Source of the DNA: Nanobdella aerobiophila
GTDB lineage: Archaea; Nanobdellota; Nanobdellia; Nanobdellales; Nanobdellaceae
Direction: 5' to 3'
Assembly: GCF_023169545.1 (NCBI RefSeq)
Contig: NZ_AP019769.1
Coordinates: 90,001 to 122,000 of the forward strand
Length of the DNA: 32,000 nt
Under the pieces are notes generated by a model. It was not told the DNA's origin and did no database searches. It saw nothing but the letters and a program-made list of their open reading frames with translations. The position numbers and the translations under genes were made by a program. Below are positions 24,890 through 32,000 of this stretch, piece after piece. Within the stretch, counting starts at the first letter, position 1. Each line of letters starts with the position of its first letter.

Positions 24890-25266
24890 AAATTTTATGA
24901 TTGATATCTTTTTTATTTTCCAATACTTTAGATAAATTTTAATATCATTAAGATTATTTTATCAATATACTACCTCTCCATCAAAAAGCACCGCAATATA
25001 TGTAAATTTCCTCTATAAATATATAGACTGATATTATAAAAATATTTCTATGAAGGCCATCTATTTTTATTATTTTTCAACACCTGGTAATATTTATTCT
25101 AATACGGTCTATAATATACCTCGATCTAATATATAAAATTTAAAAATAGAGTAATAAATTCTTTCCATAATTTTATATCTACTAATTTTTTGATATATTT
25201 ATATCTTTTTGCATTACCAAAAATATTTTATTAATTAATTAGTTTTAAAGAGGAATCTTCAAAAAA

Positions 25267-26127
25267 TTATTGTATATTTAATTTTTGCTTTAATTTATTT
25301 GCTATATTATATGTTCTTGATAATATGAATCTTACATTATCTTTTGATATTACACCCAGATTTAATGATAATTTTATACTATTTTTGTATGTATTCTCTA
25401 ATAATATATTGATATTTTCCTTAGTTGGATATCCTATATTAATAGACAATCCTAATGAGTACTTAAATGCCAGATTTAGTTCTTCTAAATATTTTTCTAA
25501 TGGAGTAGATAGTACTTCTTGATTATATAATACTTTTCCATCATAGAATAATAATAATCTTACTTTTACTGGAATTGGTGTTATATTGAACTTCTGTAGT
25601 AATGAAGCTAGACCTTCATCTACTTTAGTTCCTTTTTTTGCTACTATACAATCTTCTGCGATCGCTATCTTTCCATTCTCTACTTTTGTTTTTATATTAT
25701 ACTTCTTTAATTCTGTTAATACAGGACCTGGTGTTAAATTTGTTGGTCCGGCTTTTATCATTACATCATCTTCTAATATATCTCCTATCCTAGCTGCCCT
25801 ATAGGATCTATTTTCTTCTAATATTTTATTTAGTATAAATGGATTTATTTCTTTACTTGGTATTATCAATAATATTGTTATTTTTTTATTTTCTTCTAAT
25901 TCTTTTATTAAACTTTCTAAATTTTTATCATTTAGATTTTTTAATGTCCTTATAAATAGGTTTTTTCTTACAGTTTTTAAATAGAATCCTTGTGATTTTA
26001 AATTTTTTCGAATTTTTTGTAATGCACTTGTAGGTGTCTCTACTAGATTTGCTATTGCTAGTAAATGATTTTTGCTTAAAATATTATACAAATTTTCTAC
26101 ATACTCTAATTTTTGTTTAGCTACCAT
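25267..26127 (-). CDS. rpl10: Ribosomal stalk protein uL10 (P0), lacking the usual acidic C-terminal tail
   Basis: 286 aa, collinear by eye with archaeal P0 (..NPFILNKILEENRSYRAARIGDI..AGPTNLTPGPVLTELKKYNIKTKVENGKIAI..). It ends ..RTYNIANKLKQKLNIQ, with no Glu/Asp-rich linker and no GLxxLF-type tail. Its start overlaps the rpl1 stop by 7 nt. Confidence 0.85.
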   Translation of the reverse strand: MVAKQKLEYVENLYNILSKNHLLAIANLVETPTSALQKIRKNLKSQGFYLKTVRKNLFIRTLKNLNDKNLESLIKELEENKKITILLIIPSKEINPFILNKILEENRSYRAARIGDILEDDVMIKAGPTNLTPGPVLTELKKYNIKTKVENGKIAIAEDCIVAKKGTKVDEGLASLLQKFNITPIPVKVRLLLFYDGKVLYNQEVLSTPLEKYLEELNLAFKYSLGLSINIGYPTKENINILLENTYKNSIKLSLNLGVISKDNVRFILSRTYNIANKLKQKLNIQ

Positions 26128-26780
26128 TGTGATACTTTTATTGATTTACTCATTGTTTGCTTTAAATATATACTTTTAATACTATTTTTACCTCCGGGTA
26201 TTCTATTAATTAAAAAGCCTATTACAGCATTTATATTCTCCTTTATATCATCTGGGGACATATCCTCGCTTCCTACTATTATACCAAATGTAATATGGTT
26301 CTTTATTGTGATCCTTACCATCTTTTGCATCTTTTCATATAGATTTTTTAAAAATTCTGGAGTTATATTATCTGGAAATATCATTCCATATTTTGGATTT
26401 GGCATCTTATTTCTTGCAGCTAAATACCTTCCTAAGAATTTACCTACATCGGGCATAACAGAAGATTGGGCAACAAATATATAATATTTTTTAGCTATTT
26501 TCTTTATTTCTCTTTTATTTTGACCTAAATCCTTAATATTATCTTTAACTAAGACAAAGTCGAATATTTCTTTAGCAGATTTTTCTAATTCTGGGCCTAC
26601 GATTGCTGCTATCTTTGATTTCTTTCCTTTTCCTTTTGGCAATTCAAAATATTCTGTAAATTTATTTTCGGCTTTATTTAGATCATAACTTTTCTTTAGA
26701 TTTATTATTAACTCTATGGTTTGTTTAAAATTTCTTTTTTTGGATTTTTGTATCATTGCTTCTATCTCTTTAGCATCCAT
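26121..26780 (-). CDS. rpl1: Ribosomal protein uL1
   Basis: 219 aa. The N-terminus KKRNFKQTIELIINLK and its position between L11 and L10 are typical. Confidence 0.88.
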   Translation of the reverse strand: MDAKEIEAMIQKSKKRNFKQTIELIINLKKSYDLNKAENKFTEYFELPKGKGKKSKIAAIVGPELEKSAKEIFDFVLVKDNIKDLGQNKREIKKIAKKYYIFVAQSSVMPDVGKFLGRYLAARNKMPNPKYGMIFPDNITPEFLKNLYEKMQKMVRITIKNHITFGIIVGSEDMSPDDIKENINAVIGFLINRIPGGKNSIKSIYLKQTMSKSIKVSQW

Positions 26781-26815
26781 AAAAAAGAGAAATATAAAAA
26801 ATATTTAAAAGTTTA

Positions 26816-26980
26816 TTACGGGCCTCTCATAAACTTATTTATCAGGTCTTCAATACTAAAAGTACCTGCAAATGTTTTTCTTATATACCTTTTAATTATA
26901 TAAGTAATTAATAATAAAGATATTGCAACACCAGCAATAAATCCTATTACAAAAAATATAATATTATATAATAAAGACAT
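26816..26980 (-). CDS. Small single-TM protein (54 aa) between rpl11 and rpl1
   Basis: Below the ORF-track size cutoff, so I translated it by hand: MSLLYNIIFFVIGFIAGVAISLLLITYIIKRYIRKTFAGTFSIEDLINKFMRGP*. The ATG at 26980-26978 lies 1 nt after the rpl11 stop codon, which suggests translational coupling. Confidence 0.45.
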   Translation of the reverse strand: MSLLYNIIFFVIGFIAGVAISLLLITYIIKRYIRKTFAGTFSIEDLINKFMRGP

Positions 26981-26981
26981 A

Positions 26982-27461
26982 CTACTTCATTAAATTATCA
27001 TATTTATTTTCATTAACTTCTTTAATTACCTCTTTTGGATTCTTTCCATCAACAGTAAATCCTAATGATAAAGCAGTTCCTAGTACCAATTTTGCTGCAG
27101 ATTTTAGATCTATAGTATTTAAGTCTTTCATTTTTAATTTGGCTACATTTATTACTTGTTCTAATGTTATATTCCCTGTTATCTCTGTACCAGTAACTCT
27201 CTTTGCTACTTCAACCTTTGCTTCTTTTTTTAATAATGATGATGTTGGTGGTAGACCGACTTCAATTTCATATTTTCTTGTTTCAGTATCTACAATTATC
27301 TTTACTGGTACTTGTAGTCCTTTAAATTCTTTAGTAGCTTCATTTACTTTATTTATAATCTCTCCGACGTTTAATTTTAATTGACTTAGTTTTGGTCCTA
27401 TATTTGGTCCTGGTTTAGCATTTCCGCCTTCAATCAATAGTTCAATCGTTTCTTTTCCCAT
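26982..27461 (-). CDS. rpl11: Ribosomal protein uL11
   Basis: 159 aa. The blocks IELLIEGGNAKPGPNIGPKLSQLKLNVGEI and VGLPPTSSLLKK are typical of L11. Confidence 0.92.
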   Translation of the reverse strand: MGKETIELLIEGGNAKPGPNIGPKLSQLKLNVGEIINKVNEATKEFKGLQVPVKIIVDTETRKYEIEVGLPPTSSLLKKEAKVEVAKRVTGTEITGNITLEQVINVAKLKMKDLNTIDLKSAAKLVLGTALSLGFTVDGKNPKEVIKEVNENKYDNLMK

Positions 27462-27501
27462 TCAATTAGAATTTAAAAATATATTTTAAAAATTTAGTAT
27501 T
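27462..27501. promoter_or_regulatory. Divergent promoter region (rpl11 cluster / secE-nusG)
   Basis: A 40-bp AT-rich gap between divergent start codons. No individual box can be called. Confidence 0.3.
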
Positions 27502-27687
27502 ATGGATATTATTAATAATATTATGGAAATGAAAGAAATTTATGAAACTGCTACTAAACCCAGGTGGGAGGACATAAAAAAATTAACATATGTTACTTTG
27601 CTGTTCTTCTTCTTGGTTGCTTTAATATCCTTGGTTATATTTATAAGTCTACAGTATAGTATATTAGTATGCCAATTTACATTGTAA
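27502..27687 (+). CDS. secE: Protein translocase subunit SecE (Sec61 gamma)
   Basis: 61 aa. ..ETATKPRWEDIKKLTYVTLLFFFLVALISLVIFI is the K-P-x-x-x-E/D motif followed by a single C-terminal TM. It lies directly upstream of nusG, as in most archaea and bacteria. Confidence 0.75.
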   Translation: MDIINNIMEMKEIYETATKPRWEDIKKLTYVTLLFFFLVALISLVIFISLQYSILVCQFTL

Positions 27688-28106
27688 GTGTAACATCAGG
27701 AAAGGAAGAAGTAGTAGCGGATCTAATATCAAATGAGGCAAAAAAGAATAAATTGGAGATATATTCTATATTACAGATACCAGGAATAAAAGGTTATATA
27801 TTCGTAGAGGCGTTAAACTCTCTAGAAATACAAAGAGTTTTAGTAGGGCTAAGATATGCTAGAAAAGTAATTCCACAAGAGATATCCATGGATGAATTAA
27901 ATAAATATTTTGAGGAGGAAAAAGTAGAATTAAATCCAGGGGATATAGTAGAGATCTTAGCCGGTGCTTTTAAGGGCACGAGGGGGAAAATAATCAATAT
28001 AGATGATAAGAAGGAGGAAGCATCTATAGAACTGATAGATGTACCAGTTCCATTACAATTAAGTATACCTTTAAATAATCTAAAGATAGTAGAAAAATCT
28101 AAATAA
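27669..28106 (+). CDS. nusG: Transcription elongation factor Spt5/NusG
   Basis: 145 aa. It has an NGN domain (IKGYIFVEA) and the KOW motif GDIVEILAGAFKGTRGKI. Confidence 0.88.
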   Translation: MPIYIVSVTSGKEEVVADLISNEAKKNKLEIYSILQIPGIKGYIFVEALNSLEIQRVLVGLRYARKVIPQEISMDELNKYFEEEKVELNPGDIVEILAGAFKGTRGKIINIDDKKEEASIELIDVPVPLQLSIPLNNLKIVEKSK

Positions 28107-29181
28107 CTTCTATACCCAATTCATTCTCTATCTTTTTCTGTTCTTCTGGTTTTTCTACTCCTGGTTTATTATCAGTTTTTATTCCTAATATAAATGATGG
28201 CATATTTTTCAGTTTTGTTATAGTTATAGATACTTTTACATAATTTTTCTTATCATCCTCAAAGGAAATACCTTGTATTAATTTTGCTCTAGGATCTAGT
28301 ACAGATTTTATTGTATCTAGTATTTTGTTTATATCTGCTGGAGTTACATCTGGAGAACATACAACTCTTACCAAAGCAGCTTTGGCTCCGGTTGCATCCA
28401 CATCAATTAATGGATTGTTTAATGCTCTTTGTACGGCTTCTGTTGCTTTGTTTTCAGAATTCGACTCTCCTATTCCAAATATTCCATATCCAGCATTTGA
28501 TACTATAGATCTAAAATCTGCAAAATCAACGTTTATATATCCAGGTTTTGTTAATAATTCTGTTAAGTCTCTTAATGCATTAGATAATAATGAGTCTGCA
28601 ACTTTAAAAGCTTGCATTAATGGTATATTTGGATATAGTTGTTGCAATTTATCATTTGGTATTATTACTAGTAGATCTACATTCTTCTCTAATCTTTCCA
28701 ATGAATATAATGCATTATCCCATATATTAGAACCTTCTGCAGAAAATGGCCATGTACATATTGCAATTACTATCGATCCTAGTTTTTTAGCAACTTCTGC
28801 TACTACAGGTGCTACTCCACCTCCAGAACCTCCGCCCAGTCCGCATGTTAAAAATATTACATCTGAACCTTCAATTGCTTTCTTTATCTCTTGTTCAGAT
28901 TCTTTTGCTGCTTCTTCCCCGATTTTTGGATCTTTTCCAGCCCCCAATCCTTTCGTAAGTTGTTTTCCAACTAATATCTTTTTATGTGCTCTTGTAATTA
29001 GTAAATGTCTTACATCTGTATTTATTGCAATTAATTCTGGCCCTTCAATATTCATGTTATATAGTGTAGATATTGTATTGCTTCCTCCTCCACCGCATCC
29101 TATTACTTTTATCCTTTTTGTAGCTTGAGCAAGATATTCTTCTAGTTCTTTATCAAAAATCTCTGTACTATTATCAACCAT
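28099..29181 (-). CDS. ftsZ: Cell division GTPase FtsZ
   Basis: Blocks include IKVIGCGGGGSNTI, GLGAGKDPKIGEEAA, the tubulin signature variant GLGGGSGGGVAPVVAE and NVDFADFRS. Confidence 0.95.
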   Translation of the reverse strand: MVDNSTEIFDKELEEYLAQATKRIKVIGCGGGGSNTISTLYNMNIEGPELIAINTDVRHLLITRAHKKILVGKQLTKGLGAGKDPKIGEEAAKESEQEIKKAIEGSDVIFLTCGLGGGSGGGVAPVVAEVAKKLGSIVIAICTWPFSAEGSNIWDNALYSLERLEKNVDLLVIIPNDKLQQLYPNIPLMQAFKVADSLLSNALRDLTELLTKPGYINVDFADFRSIVSNAGYGIFGIGESNSENKATEAVQRALNNPLIDVDATGAKAALVRVVCSPDVTPADINKILDTIKSVLDPRAKLIQGISFEDDKKNYVKVSITITKLKNMPSFILGIKTDNKPGVEKPEEQKKIENELGIEVI

Positions 29182-29306
29182 TTAATTTTTTTGGTAATAA
29201 AGTTAATAAATTTATTCTTTTTCGATTATCTATTTTGAATATTTATGGCCTATGAATTATAAAATATTTATGTTTCATATATAAATTTTTTTATAAAATC
29301 TCTTTT
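29182..29306. promoter_or_regulatory. Divergent promoter region (ftsZ / FKBP gene)
   Basis: A 125-bp AT-rich gap between divergent start codons. No box is called. Confidence 0.3.
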
Positions 29307-29885
29307 ATGACTAAATGGGTTGAAATATTATATTCTATATATGATGAAAATGGAAATCTATTGGAAAGTACTCAGGAGGAAGTAATTATCCCATTAGGTT
29401 ATAATATATTGCATAAAGAAATAGAGGATAAATTAGCATCTTCAGAATATGGAAAAGAATATAATTTTTTATTAAAAAAACCGTTTGGGAGTAGAGATTC
29501 AAATCTAGTAAAAATAATTCCAGTCTCCGAATTTTACAATAGGAATATAAATCCAGTTATTAATTTAGTAGTAAATGTAGATGGTTCCATTGGTATTGTT
29601 AGGTCTGTAAATAGTGGTAGAGTGCTAGTAGACTTTAATCATCCTTATGCTGGTAAAGATTTATTATATGTTATAAAATTGAATAGAGAAGTTACTGATT
29701 TAAAAGAAAAGATTTCTGGATTATTGGCTATTATATACAATGTAACTAGAAAAAATATAGAAGTAAATATAGATGATAATAATAAAAAGATATCTATAAA
29801 TATAAAAGATCTCGACTTAAATAAAGAACAGAAAGAAATTATTAAAAAGTTTATATCAGAAATAAAAGACTATAATATAGAATAG
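29307..29885 (+). CDS. FKBP-type peptidyl-prolyl cis-trans isomerase (long archaeal/SlyD-like type)
   Basis: 192 aa. VLVDFNHPYAGKDLLYVIKL matches the FKBP C-terminal signature (vDfNHPLAGk.L.f.v.v). Upstream blocks are ..IPLGYNILHKEIEDKLASSEYGKEYNFLLKKPFG. Confidence 0.75.
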   Translation: MTKWVEILYSIYDENGNLLESTQEEVIIPLGYNILHKEIEDKLASSEYGKEYNFLLKKPFGSRDSNLVKIIPVSEFYNRNINPVINLVVNVDGSIGIVRSVNSGRVLVDFNHPYAGKDLLYVIKLNREVTDLKEKISGLLAIIYNVTRKNIEVNIDDNNKKISINIKDLDLNKEQKEIIKKFISEIKDYNIE

Positions 29886-29957
29886 GGCTCGTAGCTTAGT
29901 TGGTAAAGCGTCGGGCTCTTAACCCGAAGATCGGGGGTTCGAATCCCCCCGGGCCCA
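29885..29957 (+). tRNA. tRNA-Lys (anticodon CUU), no encoded CCA, no intron
   Basis: I folded the cloverleaf by hand. The acceptor stem is GGGCTCG/CGGGCCC (one G-U pair) and the D arm is GCTT-AGTTGGTA-AAGC. The anticodon arm is TCGGG-CT CTT AA-CCCGA. The variable loop is AGATC, the T arm is GGGGG-TTCGAAT-CCCCC and the discriminator is A. Its first base is the last base of the upstream TAG stop. Confidence 0.93.
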
Positions 29958-30026
29958 GAACTTTCTAAATAAGTATAGTAGTTTTTTACATAATGTTTAT
30001 ATATTACTAAAATATATATCTATATT

Positions 30027-31640
30027 ATGAGATCTATATCACCTATTATAGCTACTATATTAATTATTGTTATTACTGTAGCTATTGCAGGATTAACTTA
30101 TGCATTCTTATCCGGATTATTTTCTGGATTAACTTCTTCTACTAGTAATCAGGTAAGTAGACAATCACAATATATATCTTTCTCTATTACTAATTCTTAT
30201 TGTTCAAATAATATATTATATATATCTATATATAATAATGGTAATATACCAATAATAATAAATAATAATACTGTACTAACTATTAATAATGGAAATAATA
30301 ATATTGTTAGTATAAATGGTAATAATATTATATGTAATAATAACAATACTATATTACAAGGTAGTACAGATACATGTTATATAAATAATTCTTTATGTAT
30401 ATATAATCCTTCAAATAATAATAATCCACAAATTACCTTAGATTATCAAGGAGTGGGAAATAATAATAATCTAGGTAATGGATATCTTGTAGGATACTTT
30501 ACTAACCCTTTACCTATAATAATATACAATACTCAAAATATAAGTACTCCAACACCTTTCCAACAAGATATTGCTATATGTAATGGTAATCCTAATGTAG
30601 GTAATAATTTTGCTTATGTAGATAATGTTACTTTATATAATGAAATAAATTCTAATGGATCCAATATATTATTTTATTCTAATAACGGATTATTATATTC
30701 ATGGTATGAAGGTCAAGAAAATATAAGTACTGCTTCTTGTGATGTCTGGTGGGCAAATTTACCAAATGGAATTCCTGCAAATAATAATATAACTATTTAT
30801 ATGGAAATAAATAATAATACAAATTATTATTCTCAATATTACCCTTACACAGGTATTTCTGCATATTGGTATTGTTATTCGGAAGGATATACAAATATGA
30901 GTACATGTCCAAACTATGGATTATATGATAATGGACAATATGTATTTAATTTTTATGACAATTTTGCAGGAACGAGCTTAAACGTAAATAAATGGATAGA
31001 TGGTAACAGTATTCCATCAGGTGCTTCGGGTTATATTTCAGTAGATAATGGAATAACACTTGAATATTCAGGTTCTACATCAGGCGCAGGTGGGATTTGG
31101 ATTTATACAAAATCAACCTATACGCAATCAAATCCTTTTATATGGGAAACTCTTGAGAATATGTATGGTTCTAATAGTAGCGATATAAGATTAAGGCAGT
31201 ATATTCGGTTAAGTAGTGCAAATACCTCCTCAGATATAGCAGATAAGGAGGCATATTCTTGGCTTCATTTAGCTGGTGGTATTGATTATGGATATTTCTC
31301 TAATTCAAATTATGTGAACCAGGCACCTGTAAATTTTCAAACTTCAACCACAAATTTAGGTTTTGAATCATTTGTGGTTCCTGCTGCTAGTTCTTTATAT
31401 GATTATACATTTATAGATGAACAGATTCTAAACAGCTCAGGATTTTATTGGTATCAGCTTTCTCCATCTGGAGTAGTATTAAATTCAAATTCATATACTG
31501 GTAGCAATAACAATACTTTTGTTCTGCTTATACAAGCTTCTCAAGACCCCTACACGGGAACAACACAAGTTAATATAGGCTGGACTCTTGTCCGTGCATA
31601 TCCACCAAATGGAGTTATGCCTGAAATTTTTATACAATAA
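30027..31640 (+). CDS. Archaeal type IV pilin N-terminal domain protein with DUF2341-like and concanavalin-A-like (LamG/glucanase-fold) domains; putative adhesin
   Basis: 537 aa. MRSISPIIATILIIVITVAIAGLTYAFLSG matches the archaeal Pilin_N signature (r.vSPVIAtiLLIaITV). The middle section, PLPIIIYNTQNISTPTPFQQDIAI...NILFYSNNGLLYSWYEGQENISTASCDVWWANLPNGIPANNNITIYMEINN, follows the DUF2341 pattern as I recall it (..dirF.d..g..L.yW.E.w....a.vWvk.p....n.tiymyy.n). FYDNFAGTSLNVNKWID matches the start of ConA-like lectin/GH16-type domains. Confidence 0.6.
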   Translation: MRSISPIIATILIIVITVAIAGLTYAFLSGLFSGLTSSTSNQVSRQSQYISFSITNSYCSNNILYISIYNNGNIPIIINNNTVLTINNGNNNIVSINGNNIICNNNNTILQGSTDTCYINNSLCIYNPSNNNNPQITLDYQGVGNNNNLGNGYLVGYFTNPLPIIIYNTQNISTPTPFQQDIAICNGNPNVGNNFAYVDNVTLYNEINSNGSNILFYSNNGLLYSWYEGQENISTASCDVWWANLPNGIPANNNITIYMEINNNTNYYSQYYPYTGISAYWYCYSEGYTNMSTCPNYGLYDNGQYVFNFYDNFAGTSLNVNKWIDGNSIPSGASGYISVDNGITLEYSGSTSGAGGIWIYTKSTYTQSNPFIWETLENMYGSNSSDIRLRQYIRLSSANTSSDIADKEAYSWLHLAGGIDYGYFSNSNYVNQAPVNFQTSTTNLGFESFVVPAASSLYDYTFIDEQILNSSGFYWYQLSPSGVVLNSNSYTGSNNNTFVLLIQASQDPYTGTTQVNIGWTLVRAYPPNGVMPEIFIQ

Positions 31641-31681
31641 TTTTTGATAAAATATAAAAGATTATATGTTGAAAAAATTTT

Positions 31682-32000
31682 ATGTATAATTATTTATTAA
31701 GAATAAAGTATAATGGAGAGAATTATCATGGTATTGCATATCAAAAAGAGTTTAGAACAATATCTGGAGAAATAATAAAAAATCTTAAAATAAATGAATT
31801 TAAGTTATCTATATTATCAAGGACAGATAAGGGTGTAAGTGCAGAAGAGAATTATATATCAATATCTACTAATACTGAAATAAAATCTTTTAATATAAAT
31901 TTAGATAATATAAAAATATTAAATGCATATAAATTGACAGATTTCATAAATATTAGAAAATTTTCTTTGGGAAAATTATATCAATATAATTTACCAAAAG
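31682..32000 (+). CDS. truA: tRNA pseudouridine synthase A (TruA/Pus1 family), N-terminal part, continues beyond the window
   Basis: Hand translation from the ATG at 31682 gives MYNYLLRIKYNGENYHGIAYQKEFRTISGEIIKNLKINEFKLSILSRTDKGVSAEE... This carries Y-x-G-x-x-Y-x-G and the catalytic-Asp motif SRTDKGV(H/S)A. Confidence 0.7.
   Translation, partial: MYNYLLRIKYNGENYHGIAYQKEFRTISGEIIKNLKINEFKLSILSRTDKGVSAEENYISISTNTEIKSFNINLDNIKILNAYKLTDFINIRKFSLGKLYQYNLPK

Noticed and set aside
24724-25266. A possible XerA dif-like site or palindromes near the recombinase gene, for example TCTATA..TATAGA at 25012-25027 and the repeated AAAATTTTAA at about 24749-24775.
   Set aside because: Short A/T palindromes and repeats like these are expected by chance at this base composition. 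None forms the pattern of 11-bp arms with a 6-bp spacer that I would require. dif sites are also not generally adjacent to xerA.
24890-25266. Searched for a decayed or short P1/aL12 gene, or a second C/D sRNA, in the noncoding stretch downstream of rpl10.
   Set aside because: Hand translation of the minus strand gave only ORFs of 18 aa or fewer, and a 28-aa ORF on the plus strand (MKAIYFYYFSTPGNIYSNTVYNIPRSNI). None has any acidic tail or P1-like sequence. No properly spaced C/D/C'/D' box set was found. The region remains unexplained rather than annotated.
28325-29128. A 267-aa plus-strand ORF, plus several other long ORFs antisense to identified genes: 10240-10635, 26113-26484, 15168-15413, 17981-18358, 17599-17901, 2035-2253, 2486-2773, 2693-2914, 5162-5389, 8493-8678, 12367-12582, 25325-25804, 27139-27384, 27794-27997 and 310-543.
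   Set aside because: Each lies opposite a gene with clear homology or strong operon context (ftsZ, the DUF371-like gene, rpl1, rpoA1/A2 and others). Their translations are low-complexity S/F/I/L strings. Several begin with TTG rather than ATG. They are shadow ORFs expected in AT-rich DNA with few stop codons on the antisense strand.
29958-30026. Individual archaeal TATA/BRE promoter calls, for example TTTATATA about 25 nt upstream of the 30027 ATG, with similar boxes upstream of xerA and rpoH. Also poly-T terminator calls, for example the T6 run at 18885-18890.
   Set aside because: At about 75 percent A+T, such hexamers and T-runs occur everywhere, including inside genes. Without TSS or 3'-end data they cannot be distinguished from background. 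Only whole divergent intergenic regions are listed, at low confidence.
30900-31640. A jump in GC content within the adhesin-like gene (about 15 percent in the Asn-rich N-terminal half versus about 33-40 percent in the C-terminal domain), and a similar GC-richer patch at 420-480. I considered these as evidence of horizontally acquired domains.
   Set aside because: Spot counts in conserved housekeeping genes (for example rpoB1 around 14281-14340) give similar values of 35-43 percent. The contrast therefore reflects relaxed, Asn-rich low-complexity sequence versus constrained domains, not foreign origin. A proper test needs genome-wide codon and k-mer statistics.
1-32000. Looked for CRISPR arrays, transposases or IS ends, long direct or inverted repeats, inteins in the RNAP subunits, tRNA introns and split tRNA halves.
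   Set aside because: None was seen. There are no regularly spaced repeats. The RNAP subunit lengths are normal (516+600, 887, 362 aa). The single tRNA is continuous. The only recombinase is a chromosomal XerA-type enzyme with no flanking repeats that I could detect by eye.

Overview
Very AT-rich archaeal chromosome segment (about three quarters A+T by eye) with almost no intergenic space and many start/stop overlaps. All domain calls below come from motif recognition by eye; no HMM or BLAST search was possible.

The backbone is a standard archaeal information-processing neighbourhood:
- Plus strand: rpoH, rpoB2 (B''), rpoB1 (B'), rpoA1, rpoA2, rpl30e, rps12, an inserted membrane protein, rps7, pdaD and cydAB. 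A XerA-type recombinase converges on cydB.
- Second block: rpl10 (P0), rpl1, a small TM ORF and rpl11 on the minus strand, divergent from secE-nusG/spt5. Then ftsZ, an FKBP PPIase, tRNA-Lys(CUU), a pilin-N adhesin-like gene and the start of truA.

The split rpoB, the GC-rich RNA genes in an AT-rich background and the compaction suggest a small-genome thermophilic archaeon, possibly DPANN/Nanoarchaeota-like. That placement is inference only.

The most interesting part is the left 10 kb. It is a gapless minus-strand operon of at least 11 genes:
- a Cys-rich pilin-like protein with a class III signal peptide;
- a 655-aa FlaJ/TadC-like platform protein;
- four small pilin-like proteins, two of them clear paralogs;
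- a papain-family (C1) cysteine protease with an intact Q/C/H/N catalytic set on a pilin-like N-terminus;
- a DUF333-like Cys-rich protein, a 522-aa orphan secreted protein, a 401-aa Cys-free polytopic membrane protein, and one more secreted protein running off the window.

No secretion ATPase and no prepilin peptidase is visible anywhere in the window. I read this as a candidate undescribed type-IV-filament-derived surface or host-interaction module.

Other points:
- a well-formed C/D box sRNA directly abutting a GC-rich hairpin in the only large noncoding region;
- a P0 stalk protein without the conserved C-terminal tail, and no P1 gene where it is expected;
- a rearranged str-operon region (no nusA, a membrane gene between S12 and S7, pdaD-cydAB instead of EF genes).
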